Positions 19,251 to 27,895 of a stretch of DNA of 64,000 nucleotides are shown in pieces. Each line of letters opens with the position of its first letter. Position 1 is the stretch's first letter. The DNA comes from a virus. The notes beneath the pieces were generated by a model. The model worked only from the letters and a program-made list of their open reading frames with translations. It had not been told where the DNA came from and did not search any database. The position numbers were made by a program, and so were the translations under genes. The DNA is taken from the IMG/VR virus record IMGVR_UViG_3300035157_000972. One strand, given 5' to 3'.

Positions 19251-19451
19251 ATGACAGTTACAACAGAATCAGGCGGTCGCCAGAATGCATTTCCGACTGA
19301 AGTACAACCACGATTGGTCGAGAACTATGAGGGATACGGCAAGAATGCTGAAAGACTCAATGGTAGACTCGCTATGCTAGGATTGGTTGCAGGGTTCATA
19401 TCCTATGTAACTACAGGCAACTTTTTCTTCGGTGGAATCTTAGGATTCTAA
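19251..19451 (+). CDS. hli: High-light inducible protein
   Basis: AERLNGRLAMLG. Confidence 0.95.
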   Translation: MTVTTESGGRQNAFPTEVQPRLVENYEGYGKNAERLNGRLAMLGLVAGFISYVTTGNFFFGGILGF

Positions 19452-19492
19452 CGATTGTCAACAAATTCACACAAACACAAAGGTAACACAAA

Positions 19493-19600
19493 ATGACTCC
19501 AGAAGCAGAAAGATTCAATGGATGGGCAGCAATGCTTGGTTTCGTAGCAGCAGTAGGTGCTTACGCAACAACAGGAAACATTATCCCCGGTATTTTCTAA
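19493..19600 (+). CDS. hli: High-light inducible protein (35 aa)
   Basis: MTPEAERFNGWAAMLGFVAAVGAYATTGNIIPGIF; absent from the ORF track. Confidence 0.95.
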   Translation: MTPEAERFNGWAAMLGFVAAVGAYATTGNIIPGIF

Positions 19601-19722
19601 TGTCTGACAAAGATCAGAAAACAATTGCTGAAAAACTAAATGGCAGACTTGCCATGATCGGCATCATTGCAGGATTAGGTGCATACCTAACAACAGGTCA
19701 GATCATTCCCGGTTACGTGTAA
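19600..19722 (+). CDS. hli: High-light inducible protein (40 aa)
   Basis: AEKLNGRLAMIG..TGQIIPG; TAATG overlap. Confidence 0.95.
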   Translation: MSDKDQKTIAEKLNGRLAMIGIIAGLGAYLTTGQIIPGYV

Positions 19723-19811
19723 TGACAAGACATCCAGTACCCCTCAAAGTTGTACCATATATCTTCATGGTGGCAGCAAGCATCAGTACTCTTACAGGTG
19801 TACTGGTCTAA
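19722..19811 (+). CDS. 29-aa TM micro-protein closing the hli operon
   Basis: TAATG overlap; MTRHPVPLKVVPYIFMVAASISTLTGVLV. Confidence 0.55.
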   Translation: MTRHPVPLKVVPYIFMVAASISTLTGVLV

Positions 19812-19830
19812 TAACAAAACTGAATATTCA

Positions 19831-19860
19831 AAAAGCAGATCTTGACGGTCTGCTTTTTTT
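19831..19860 (+). terminator. Intrinsic terminator of the hli operon
   Basis: AAAAGCAGATC..GGTCTGCTTTT plus T run. Confidence 0.85.
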
Positions 19861-19870
19861 GTACTATAAT
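19842..19870 (+). promoter_or_regulatory. Sigma70 promoter for the g45 operon
   Basis: TTGACG-17-TATAAT. Confidence 0.8.
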
Positions 19871-19889
19871 GAATTGAAACAATAAACTT

Positions 19890-20564
19890 ATGATGAAGTT
19901 ATCCGATAAAACGAAGGCAATCCTAAAGAACTTCACAGAGATAAATCAATCTCTGTCGTTCAAGAAAGGGAAGAAGATAAGAACTATCTCGCCGATGCAG
20001 AACATCCTTGCTGAAGCAACGATTGATGAAGAGATACCTTCAGACTTTGCAATCTATGATCTACCTCAGTTCATCACAACTATCGATGTCCTGTATAAAG
20101 ATCCAGATATAGACATTACATCAGAACAGTATGCTTCTATCAAGGAAGGTAAAGCAACTCGTTCAAAATATTTTTTCTCAGATCCTGATGTTATTATCTC
20201 ACCACCAGAAAAAGAGATGGCACTTCCTAGTGAAGAGGTATCTTTCAATCTTGATGAGAATCAGGTAAAGAAACTTATTCACTCTGCAAACATACTAGGT
20301 CTTCCTGATCTATCAGTTGTAGGTGAAGCAGGAGTTGTGAAGGTTGTTACAAGTGATCGTAGAAACGATACATCTAATGATTACACAATTGTAGTAGGAT
20401 CAACAGAGCATGAGTTCTCATTCAACTTCAAGATGGAGAACATCAAACTTATCAAAGGATCATATCAAGTCAGTATATCTAAGGCAAACCTCGCTAGATT
20501 CCACAACGTAGCATATAATCTCACATACTTCGTAGCACTAGAACCTGATTCTACTTACAACTAA
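19890..20564 (+). CDS. g45: Sliding clamp (gp45)
   Basis: MKLS..LKNF..IN.S, FAIYDL, YFVALEPDS. Confidence 0.96.
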   Translation: MMKLSDKTKAILKNFTEINQSLSFKKGKKIRTISPMQNILAEATIDEEIPSDFAIYDLPQFITTIDVLYKDPDIDITSEQYASIKEGKATRSKYFFSDPDVIISPPEKEMALPSEEVSFNLDENQVKKLIHSANILGLPDLSVVGEAGVVKVVTSDRRNDTSNDYTIVVGSTEHEFSFNFKMENIKLIKGSYQVSISKANLARFHNVAYNLTYFVALEPDSTYN

Positions 20565-21022
20565 TGTTTTGTGATCGTCTGAGTTTAGTTACTGGAGGTT
20601 TTGACCCTATTCACAGTGGTCATCTCCAGTATTTCAAAAGAGCAAAAGACCTTTCAAACTATCTTGTTGTAGGACTGAATGGAGATCCTTGGTTGAAGAG
20701 AAAGAAAGGACAATATTTCCAATGTTGGACAGAACGTGCAGACATTGTACGTCATCTTGACATGGTTGATGCTGTAATATCATGGGACGATGCTGATGAC
20801 TCTGCCTGTGGTGCTATAGCAAAGTGTTTAGAGATCTCCACAGAGGTTGTATTCTGTAATGGTGGCGACAGAGGTAAAACAAATACACCAGAGTATGAAA
20901 GATATAAGGATAATCCAAGAGTGTCATTTGAATTTGGTATTGGTGGCACTGATAAAATGAATAGTAGTTCTTGGATACTGCATGGATATTTTGAACGTCA
21001 ACGTAAATTATTAGGAATATAA
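20564..21022 (+). CDS. Cytidylyl/adenylyltransferase (TagD/RfaE-II family)
   Basis: TGGFDPIHSGH, NGGDR, K.NSSSWIL. Confidence 0.88.
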   Translation: MFCDRLSLVTGGFDPIHSGHLQYFKRAKDLSNYLVVGLNGDPWLKRKKGQYFQCWTERADIVRHLDMVDAVISWDDADDSACGAIAKCLEISTEVVFCNGGDRGKTNTPEYERYKDNPRVSFEFGIGGTDKMNSSSWILHGYFERQRKLLGI

Positions 21023-21675
21023 TGTTTGAACTGAGTGATAACCTAAAAGTTGACACTGAAACATTTCAAGGTTCTAAAATTTTTACAATTGATAATTTTT
21101 ACAAAGATCCCGAAGAAGTATCTGACTATCTTTTCAATAGAGAAGTTCCTTTATGGAAGATAGAAGAGAGTCCATCATATAATGGTGTAAGATTTGAAGA
21201 TAGAAGACTAAAACTATATGATAAAAGATTACAACCAGTAATTAATTTTTTATGTGAGTTGACATCTCAAAAACCTTTATTGCATGACATCACAACAAAT
21301 CAATCTAGATTTTATAAACATGATTTCAATGATTATAAAAATTGTGTCTGGTGGCCACATGTAGATAATGGATATAATGGGATTGTCTTTTTCAATAAAA
21401 ATGATACTGAGTGTGGAACTAATCTGTATTCACAAACTATTGACTCTAGTGAAAAAACCTATTATAATTTACCAGAGCACTCTGCTCCATGGAGACCAAA
21501 AGAAAACTATGAAAAAATAAAAACACTAACTCCAAAATATAATAGATTAGTTTTATTTGACGGACTCAAATTTCCTCATGGTATGAACATCACAAATGAT
21601 AGATATTTTTCAGAGGAGTATAGAATTAATCAAGTGTTCTTTTTCAGACCCATACGTAAACTTTCAATCAAATGA
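21022..21675 (+). CDS. 2OG-Fe(II) oxygenase-like protein
   Basis: IDNFY, PHVD, GT, YNRLVLF..H, R..QVFF. Confidence 0.7.
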   Translation: MFELSDNLKVDTETFQGSKIFTIDNFYKDPEEVSDYLFNREVPLWKIEESPSYNGVRFEDRRLKLYDKRLQPVINFLCELTSQKPLLHDITTNQSRFYKHDFNDYKNCVWWPHVDNGYNGIVFFNKNDTECGTNLYSQTIDSSEKTYYNLPEHSAPWRPKENYEKIKTLTPKYNRLVLFDGLKFPHGMNITNDRYFSEEYRINQVFFFRPIRKLSIK

Positions 21676-21818
21676 TCCCACACGGTACAGCAGATCCATC
21701 TATCACACTGCCAATATCAATAGCAGTGTTGACTATATTATTATCAGGTTATGGAATCTATAAAGGATTCTTTGCCAATCAAAATCTTACAGACCCATGG
21801 GATGATCATGATGACTGA
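21672..21818 (+). CDS. psbN: PsbN-like photosystem II assembly factor (48 aa)
   Basis: TM helix followed by GYGIYKGF..LTDPWDDHDD, matching the PsbN pattern GY.lY.aF....L.DPfeeHed; ATGA-coupled. Confidence 0.8.
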   Translation: MIPHGTADPSITLPISIAVLTILLSGYGIYKGFFANQNLTDPWDDHDD

Positions 21819-21999
21819 ACTCAGAAACAAATTAAATCTCAAAGAGTGTGATTTTCTAATCGATGTTCTTATGACAGATAGATCAAAACAGACTGGTACA
21901 ATTGCTTCAATTTATAAAGTAGATGTACCATTGCTTGTACAAAAACTAGCAGGACAGGGTGATATGCTAGAGGGGGTGTATAACGAATTCAATGACTGA
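21811..21999 (+). CDS. Hypothetical protein
   Basis: Start moved to 21811 so that it follows psbN. Confidence 0.55.
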   Translation: MTELRNKLNLKECDFLIDVLMTDRSKQTGTIASIYKVDVPLLVQKLAGQGDMLEGVYNEFND

Positions 22000-22309
22000 A
22001 TTTTGGAAGATCTGGAAATATGCTCTAGGATCTTTCCAAGATGAAACCACAAAAGATTATGATAATATAATATGTGTTATCAGAACTATGATATTCTTAC
22101 AACTTGTTATCACCAACTCATTCATCATTGCCGGTAATGTCCGACACTGGAATGATCATCACACACCACCAACCTATGAAAGACCAGAACAGTATCCCGA
22201 AAGAAGACCAAGACCAGAGATGGAACCGTGCTCTCGATATCTTTATAGAGAGTGTTCACAAACCAGACCATGCATTGAGAGGTTGTGCTCACAACCAGAA
22301 GTGCTATAA
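21992..22309 (+). CDS. Hypothetical membrane protein
   Basis: WKIWKYALGSF.D motif common in marine phages; tail overlaps the next ORF. Confidence 0.6.
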   Translation: MTEFWKIWKYALGSFQDETTKDYDNIICVIRTMIFLQLVITNSFIIAGNVRHWNDHHTPPTYERPEQYPERRPRPEMEPCSRYLYRECSQTRPCIERLCSQPEVL

Positions 22310-22367
22310 TGAACTCATGTGGATTCGAGATGACATTATAGAACATCTTCGAGATCTTCGCAGGTAA
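22176..22367 (+). CDS. Conserved cyanophage hypothetical protein
   Basis: DIFIESVHKPD..LR.CAHNQKCYNELM. Confidence 0.7.
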   Translation: MKDQNSIPKEDQDQRWNRALDIFIESVHKPDHALRGCAHNQKCYNELMWIRDDIIEHLRDLRR

Positions 22368-22381
22368 ATTATTTTTTTATT

Positions 22382-22465
22382 ATGAACAACTACGGTCTTG
22401 AAATTTTATTCTGGGTTACACTATGTTTGTTTCTTGTATACCAGTATGAGGAGTCTAAGAAATGA
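22382..22465 (+). CDS. 27-aa TM micro-protein
   Basis: MNNYGLEILFWVTLCLFLVYQYEESKK; ATGA overlap with the next gene. Confidence 0.5.
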   Translation: MNNYGLEILFWVTLCLFLVYQYEESKK

Positions 22466-22965
22466 ATATATTTGTTACTGATCCATCAGCAGTCAAATCT
22501 GCACAAGTATTACCTGACAAACATATTGTCAAGATGCCACTAGAAACATGTCAGATGCTATCTATTGTAGCGTCAGATAAGTGGGGTTATGGTTTTGGTA
22601 CATTACCTAAACTAGATGGCACACCATACAAGACAGAGCATGGTGCATTTCGTAACCATCCCTGCACAATATGGGCACAAACAAATTTCACATGGTTGAT
22701 TCTACATGGTCTTGCATTATGCAATGAGTATACCCACAGATATGGTAAGAAGCATAGTTGTCAATCTACTATAGAACACGCTGTAAAAATATTTCCACCT
22801 CAAGATTCTGATCCTACAGAGTTTGTATTTGCAGGACCTGATGAGTTCAAGCATGATGATAGTAAAGACATCTTTACAAAATACAAAGATTATATTTTTT
22901 CAAAACCATGGGCAAGAGATAACTATCTACGTGACCCATCGAGAAGACCAGAATGGATGTGGTAA
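22462..22965 (+). CDS. Pyrimidine-dimer DNA glycosylase (DenV-superfamily)-like protein
   Basis: MNIF..DKHIVKMPLE..QML, NHPCTIW, EYTHRYGK.H. Confidence 0.75.
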   Translation: MNIFVTDPSAVKSAQVLPDKHIVKMPLETCQMLSIVASDKWGYGFGTLPKLDGTPYKTEHGAFRNHPCTIWAQTNFTWLILHGLALCNEYTHRYGKKHSCQSTIEHAVKIFPPQDSDPTEFVFAGPDEFKHDDSKDIFTKYKDYIFSKPWARDNYLRDPSRRPEWMW

Positions 22966-23486
22966 AAAATAGGTGCATGGTCAATATGCCTGTATATTCT
23001 ATGCAATTGGATATTGACAATGACCAACTTATCAAGGATATAAAACATCACAGGGAAAACTTTCCAGAAGGTGAAGAATCTAATGTGAAAGCATGGAGAA
23101 GTTCATACAAAACACACGAGCAAACTAGACTTTTCGATCCATACATTCATAAAATTTTAGAGGGTGCAGAGAGAGCAAGACGGTGTGATCCTGATTTTTT
23201 TAGTTGCTTACCTTATTGCACTTATACAGTGCATGATTTCTGGGCACTGATGTATGAGGAGGGTGATCATACACAAAGGCACACTCATTATCCTATCACA
23301 TGGGCATCTTGTTATTATGCATATGCAGATGAGGATGCTGCACCTATAAGATTTGACACGTTGCGAATCAAACCGAAATCTGGTACACTATTATTATGGC
23401 ACGGTTCTCTCTTTCATTCTGTTCCTAAGACACAAGGAAAGAGAATTGCTGTTTCTGCAAACTTGATTATCAAAGACTGGGGATGA
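22953..23486 (+). CDS. 2OG-Fe(II) oxygenase
   Basis: HTH, G.LLLW...L.HSV, RIAVSAN. Confidence 0.8.
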   Translation: MDVVKNRCMVNMPVYSMQLDIDNDQLIKDIKHHRENFPEGEESNVKAWRSSYKTHEQTRLFDPYIHKILEGAERARRCDPDFFSCLPYCTYTVHDFWALMYEEGDHTQRHTHYPITWASCYYAYADEDAAPIRFDTLRIKPKSGTLLLWHGSLFHSVPKTQGKRIAVSANLIIKDWG

Positions 23487-24424
23487 GTGATTTTATATGG
23501 GTTGAAAAATACAGACCCAAAACAATTGATGAATGTATTCTGCCTGAGAGAATCAAGAAAACATTCAATGACTTTCTAGAGAAAGGTGAACTACCTAACA
23601 TGCTCCTATCTGGACCTCCCGGTATAGGAAAGACCACTGTGGCAAAAGCATTGTGCAAACAGATGGGACTAGATAGTTATGTTATAAACGGATCGGATGA
23701 AGGCAGGTTTCTCGACACCGTGCGTAATCAAGCTAAGAGTTTCGCCTCAACTGTTTCCCTTACGTCAAGGGGCAAGCATAAGGTTATTATCATTGACGAG
23801 GCAGACAACACCACCCATGATGTTCAATTACTTCTTAGGGCGAATGTTGAACAGTTTTATAAAAACTGCAGATTCATTTTTACGTGCAATTACAAGAACA
23901 GAATTATAGAACCATTGCATTCTAGATGTACGGTTATAGATTTTAGTGTAGATGGTAAAGAGAAACAGACTATAGCAGCACAATTCTTCAAAAGATTGAA
24001 CGAGATATTATCTTTAGAAGGAGTTACAGCAGATAAAAAAGTATTAGCAACAGTAATTCAAACACACTTCCCTGATTGGAGGAGAGTTCTGAATGAGGTA
24101 CAGAGATATGCAGCAGGAGGAGAGATTGATACTGGTTTATTATCTAAACTATCAGACGTAAACACAAAAGAATTGATGGGATATCTTGAGAAGAAAGACT
24201 TCCCTAATGTAAGAAAGTGGATTGTACAGAACTTAGATAATGATCCCAACACAATACTGAGAAATATCTACGATTCATTGTATAATGTATTGAAACCTGC
24301 TACCATACCACATGCGGTATTAGTTGTGGCAAAGTATCAATATCAAGGTGCTTTTGTCGCCGATCAAGAAATCAATCTCTTGGCAGCAATGACCGAAATC
24401 ATGATGGAATGTGAATTCAAATGA
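23483..24424 (+). CDS. g44: Clamp loader large subunit (gp44)
   Basis: WVEKYRP, GPPGIGKTT, DEAD, SRC. Confidence 0.97.
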   Translation: MSDFIWVEKYRPKTIDECILPERIKKTFNDFLEKGELPNMLLSGPPGIGKTTVAKALCKQMGLDSYVINGSDEGRFLDTVRNQAKSFASTVSLTSRGKHKVIIIDEADNTTHDVQLLLRANVEQFYKNCRFIFTCNYKNRIIEPLHSRCTVIDFSVDGKEKQTIAAQFFKRLNEILSLEGVTADKKVLATVIQTHFPDWRRVLNEVQRYAAGGEIDTGLLSKLSDVNTKELMGYLEKKDFPNVRKWIVQNLDNDPNTILRNIYDSLYNVLKPATIPHAVLVVAKYQYQGAFVADQEINLLAAMTEIMMECEFK

Positions 24425-24582
24425 CTAAAAAAAGAACTCAAAACAAAGAAAATTATTACTACTTCTTTTGGATTGTAGCAATGATTGCATTTATTGTCCC
24501 TCAAGTTTTTACAGCATATGCATACATGGAAATTCTTGATATACTAGAGACAGGTAAAGTGGAGGTAAAACTTATTAAGTGA
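24421..24582 (+). CDS. 53-aa single-TM protein
   Basis: Overlaps the g44 stop and the dam start by 4 nt each. Confidence 0.6.
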   Translation: MTKKRTQNKENYYYFFWIVAMIAFIVPQVFTAYAYMEILDILETGKVEVKLIK

Positions 24583-25466
24583 ATAATCTCAAGACACCAT
24601 TACGATATCCCGGTGGTAAGTCTAGAGCAGTTGGTAAAATCAAGAACTTCTTTCCCAATCTTTCAAACTGCAAGGAGTATCGTGAACCATTCCTAGGTGG
24701 TGGTTCTGTAGCACTACACATTAGTACTACCTTCCCACATTTGAACATCTGGGTCAATGATTTATACGAACCATTGACAAACTTTTGGCAAATCTTACAG
24801 AAACAAGGCGATGAAATTGCGACCAAACTCAAAGATATCAAAACAAACACCTCCGACTTCAGAGTACTCTTCGAGGATAGCAAGTCTATTCTACATGATA
24901 GAGGACTTACCGATCTCGAACGTGCTATTGCTTTCTATATCGTCAATAAGTGTAGTTTCAGTGGTCTTACTGAGTCTTCTTCTTTTTCAGAGCAAGCATC
25001 AAGACAAAACTTCACAGTGCGAGGTATTACCAAACTACCCCAGTATAGTAGAATCATCCAACGATGGACGATTACAAATGACTCCTATGAAATTTTACTA
25101 ACAGATCTTGTAAATGCTTTTGTATATCTTGATCCACCATACGAGATAGATTCAAACTTGTATGGTAAGAAGGGTGACATGCATGAGAGTTTTGATCATG
25201 ATAAGTTTGCAGAAAAATGTGATAATAGAGTTGCAAAGATGCTTATATCTTACAATTCATCACAACTCATCAAGGACAGGTTCAATAGTTGGTCAGCATC
25301 TGAGTATTCTCATACCTATACTATGAGATCTGTTGGTGATTATATGTCCAAACAAAAACAAAGAAAGGAATTATTACTTTTTAATTACAACAAAGAACCA
25401 AAAATACAATTCTCATTTGGGGGTTGCTATAACTATGATAAACTCAACTCATCAGGAATGACATGA
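24579..25466 (+). CDS. dam: DNA adenine methyltransferase (Dam family)
   Basis: PLRYPGGKS, EPFLGGGS, YLDPPY. Confidence 0.93.
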   Translation: MNNLKTPLRYPGGKSRAVGKIKNFFPNLSNCKEYREPFLGGGSVALHISTTFPHLNIWVNDLYEPLTNFWQILQKQGDEIATKLKDIKTNTSDFRVLFEDSKSILHDRGLTDLERAIAFYIVNKCSFSGLTESSSFSEQASRQNFTVRGITKLPQYSRIIQRWTITNDSYEILLTDLVNAFVYLDPPYEIDSNLYGKKGDMHESFDHDKFAEKCDNRVAKMLISYNSSQLIKDRFNSWSASEYSHTYTMRSVGDYMSKQKQRKELLLFNYNKEPKIQFSFGGCYNYDKLNSSGMT

Positions 25467-25642
25467 ACCCAGAAGAAGAGAATCCATTTTGGGGTGAACC
25501 CACTCCTACTGATTTGTGGGATGACATGAAGAAACTAAATGAGTGCTATGAGAAACTTGGGTGGACTCATTTTGATTATCTAGAAATTGCTATCGAAGGT
25601 AATCATGTTACAATAAGGAACAAGTCAAAAGAAGGTAGATGA
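25463..25642 (+). CDS. 59-aa hypothetical protein (MNPEEENPFWGEPTPTDLW...)
   Basis: ATGA-coupled on both sides. Confidence 0.65.
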   Translation: MNPEEENPFWGEPTPTDLWDDMKKLNECYEKLGWTHFDYLEIAIEGNHVTIRNKSKEGR

Positions 25643-26025
25643 AACCCGAACTGAAGGATTGGTTGAACTCAATCAACTACAAAAAGAATAATTTGTTTGA
25701 CGATCCAGAGGTTACTGACTCAATGTATCCTGCATTTATAGTCAACAGATGCATGGCAGGTCACATGGATGCTGTACTATATGCCAATGAGATGAATATA
25801 TACAATTCTTTAGATAAGAGACTACAGTACGACTTTTTACTAAATATTTTACGATCTCGGAAAAGATTCTCTCCTTGGATTAGAAAGGAAGAATTGGACA
25901 ATCTTGAACTAATCAAGAAATACTATCGCTACAGTGATGAAAAGGCAAAGCAAGTCCTCACCATACTTACCGAAGATCAGTTGAAATTCATTAGAAAAAA
26001 ACTTGACACTGGAGGATTGAGATGA
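25639..26025 (+). CDS. g62: Clamp loader small subunit (gp62)
   Basis: LKDWLNSIN, YPAFIVNR, RKRFSPW. Confidence 0.93.
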   Translation: MKPELKDWLNSINYKKNNLFDDPEVTDSMYPAFIVNRCMAGHMDAVLYANEMNIYNSLDKRLQYDFLLNILRSRKRFSPWIRKEELDNLELIKKYYRYSDEKAKQVLTILTEDQLKFIRKKLDTGGLR

Positions 26026-26459
26026 GCGTGGTGATTGAACCAGAATACGACTGGTCGCCAAATAAAATGATCGAGGTTGCACTTGCAGAACCTGATGATT
26101 TTTTGAAAGTAAGAGAAACACTAACAAGAATTGGGGTAGCATCCCGTAAAGAGAAGAAGTTATATCAAAGTTGTCATATATTACACAAACAAGGTAAGTA
26201 TTTTATAGTTCACTTCAAGGAACTTTTTGCTTTAGATGGTAAAAAGGCAAATCTAAGCATCAATGACTTTCAAAGAAGAAATAGAATTGTACAATTACTA
26301 GCAGATTGGGGTCTGGTCAACGTATTATCATCAGACTTAGTAAATGATATAGCACCACTCAATCAGATAAAGGTAATATCATACAAGGAAAAAGGAGATT
26401 GGAAATTAGAAACGAAATATAATATCGGTAAAAGAAAAACTACTGAATCTTCTGAATAG
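26022..26459 (+). CDS. regA: Translational repressor RegA
   Basis: DFLKVRETLTRIG, QSCHILHKQG.Y.IVHFKELF. Confidence 0.97.
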   Translation: MSVVIEPEYDWSPNKMIEVALAEPDDFLKVRETLTRIGVASRKEKKLYQSCHILHKQGKYFIVHFKELFALDGKKANLSINDFQRRNRIVQLLADWGLVNVLSSDLVNDIAPLNQIKVISYKEKGDWKLETKYNIGKRKTTESSE

Positions 26460-27363
26460 AATGAGCATGTAAGATATCTTCTTGCTCGTACACTTTATCA
26501 GTAAATGGCGTGATTACTTTGTAGTCACGCTTATTTTGTCCACATTTTTTTCTGCATAGTGGATCTTTGAAAGTCTTTATAGTATCCCAGTAAGTTTTCC
26601 ATTCTTTAGAATGTAATAGATCATGTAAACTATCATAGTCACGTATATTAGGAACAGTCTGGGTGTTCTCATAGTGTGCTGCCATCCAACAACATGGGAA
26701 TACGTTACCTCTTGCTGTAATAAAGAGTCTTTTTCTTTCAAGACATATTGGTATAACCTTACTGAAGAATCTTCTTCCTATTTTGTGAGTGCCGACACCT
26801 CGTTCAGCGTTTCTATTAGAATATATTGTATAGAAATGTTTGAATCCCATATCTTCTGCCATCTCCATAGCGGTGTCTCGTTGGTTCTCATTCCAGTTGA
26901 ACTGAACCATAGACCAAACTGCCCATCCACCGGCATTTATGAGTGCTGTAGCGTTTTCTAGAGTCTTTTCCCACACACAGTTGACTCTATAATATTCATA
27001 TGTCTCTTTATCTGCACCATCAAGAGCAAATAATACGGGATTATCTCCCATATGTTTTGCTAATTCTGTCCAGTATGATGGTTTATGTGCTGATCCATTT
27101 GTAAAAAGTCTTACTTTTATATCATTTTCTACTAAGTGATCTAAAATAGGGAACAAATGTCTATTAGCAGTGGCATCTCCATAGTTTCCACACATCTCTA
27201 GTGATTTTATATCTGACTTTGTTATCTTTTTGATATCATCTACTGTCAAATCTGTACTGATAACCCTACCTTTTTCATTCCTAGAACAAAAAAGACAAGC
27301 AGCATTACACTTATCGGTCAAATCTATCTGGATATCCGTCCATATGACTTCGGATTCCACCAT
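26440..27363 (-). CDS. Radical SAM protein with C-terminal Cys-rich SPASM/twitch-like domain
   Basis: CNAACLFC, CGNYGD, TNGS, C..RLFITARGNVFPCCW..CRKKC. Confidence 0.88.
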   Translation of the reverse strand: MVESEVIWTDIQIDLTDKCNAACLFCSRNEKGRVISTDLTVDDIKKITKSDIKSLEMCGNYGDATANRHLFPILDHLVENDIKVRLFTNGSAHKPSYWTELAKHMGDNPVLFALDGADKETYEYYRVNCVWEKTLENATALINAGGWAVWSMVQFNWNENQRDTAMEMAEDMGFKHFYTIYSNRNAERGVGTHKIGRRFFSKVIPICLERKRLFITARGNVFPCCWMAAHYENTQTVPNIRDYDSLHDLLHSKEWKTYWDTIKTFKDPLCRKKCGQNKRDYKVITPFTDKVYEQEDILHAHSIQKIQ

Positions 27364-27395
27364 ATACAAAAAAAGTACTTCTATTATAATTATCT

Positions 27396-27414
27396 ATGTC
27401 GCCTTCGGGGACAT
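27396..27414 (+). promoter_or_regulatory. cUUCGg hairpin at the 5' end of the hsp20 leader
   Basis: ATGTC.CC-TTCG-GG.GACAT just after TATAAT. Confidence 0.5.
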
Positions 27415-27441
27415 TATTCACAGACGCTTAGAGAGGTCACT

Positions 27442-27873
27442 ATGTTTGACAACGGAATAACTCTGACTGTTGGAGATACCCAAGAGTATCTCAATAAGAT
27501 CAGAAGAAACATGATCGGATTTGACGATTGGATCAGCGATTTCGATCAACACTTCAAAAATTCTAACTATCCACCTTATAATACTATAAAGATATCAAAC
27601 CATGAGTATAAGGTAGAGGTAGCACTAGCAGGATTCAAGAAAGATGAACTAAAAGTTTACACACAAGAGGGTAAACTGATCATCGAGGGTAAGAAAACTG
27701 AGAAAGAGGGCACTGACTACATGCATCGTGGTCTTGCACAGAGATCTTTCAGTAGATCATGGGCAGTACCTGATGATTTAGAGGTCAAGAACGTAAACTT
27801 TGAGGATGGATTACTTCTTATTGACATAGAAAGAATCATTCCAGAGCATAGGCAGCGTAAGGAGTGGCTCTAA
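27442..27873 (+). CDS. hsp20: Small heat-shock protein Hsp20
   Basis: NYPPYN, ALAGF, HRGLAQRSF, FEDGLL. Confidence 0.95.
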   Translation: MFDNGITLTVGDTQEYLNKIRRNMIGFDDWISDFDQHFKNSNYPPYNTIKISNHEYKVEVALAGFKKDELKVYTQEGKLIIEGKKTEKEGTDYMHRGLAQRSFSRSWAVPDDLEVKNVNFEDGLLLIDIERIIPEHRQRKEWL

Positions 27874-27895
27874 ATACCTAAAAAGCAATTAGGTC

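Noticed and set aside
19522-19599. Track ORF start at 19522
   Set aside because: It overlaps the real 35-aa hli in another frame; the third hli starts at 19600
21751-21810. Track ORF start at 21751
   Set aside because: It overlaps the psbN-like frame; a start at 21808 or 21811 fits better
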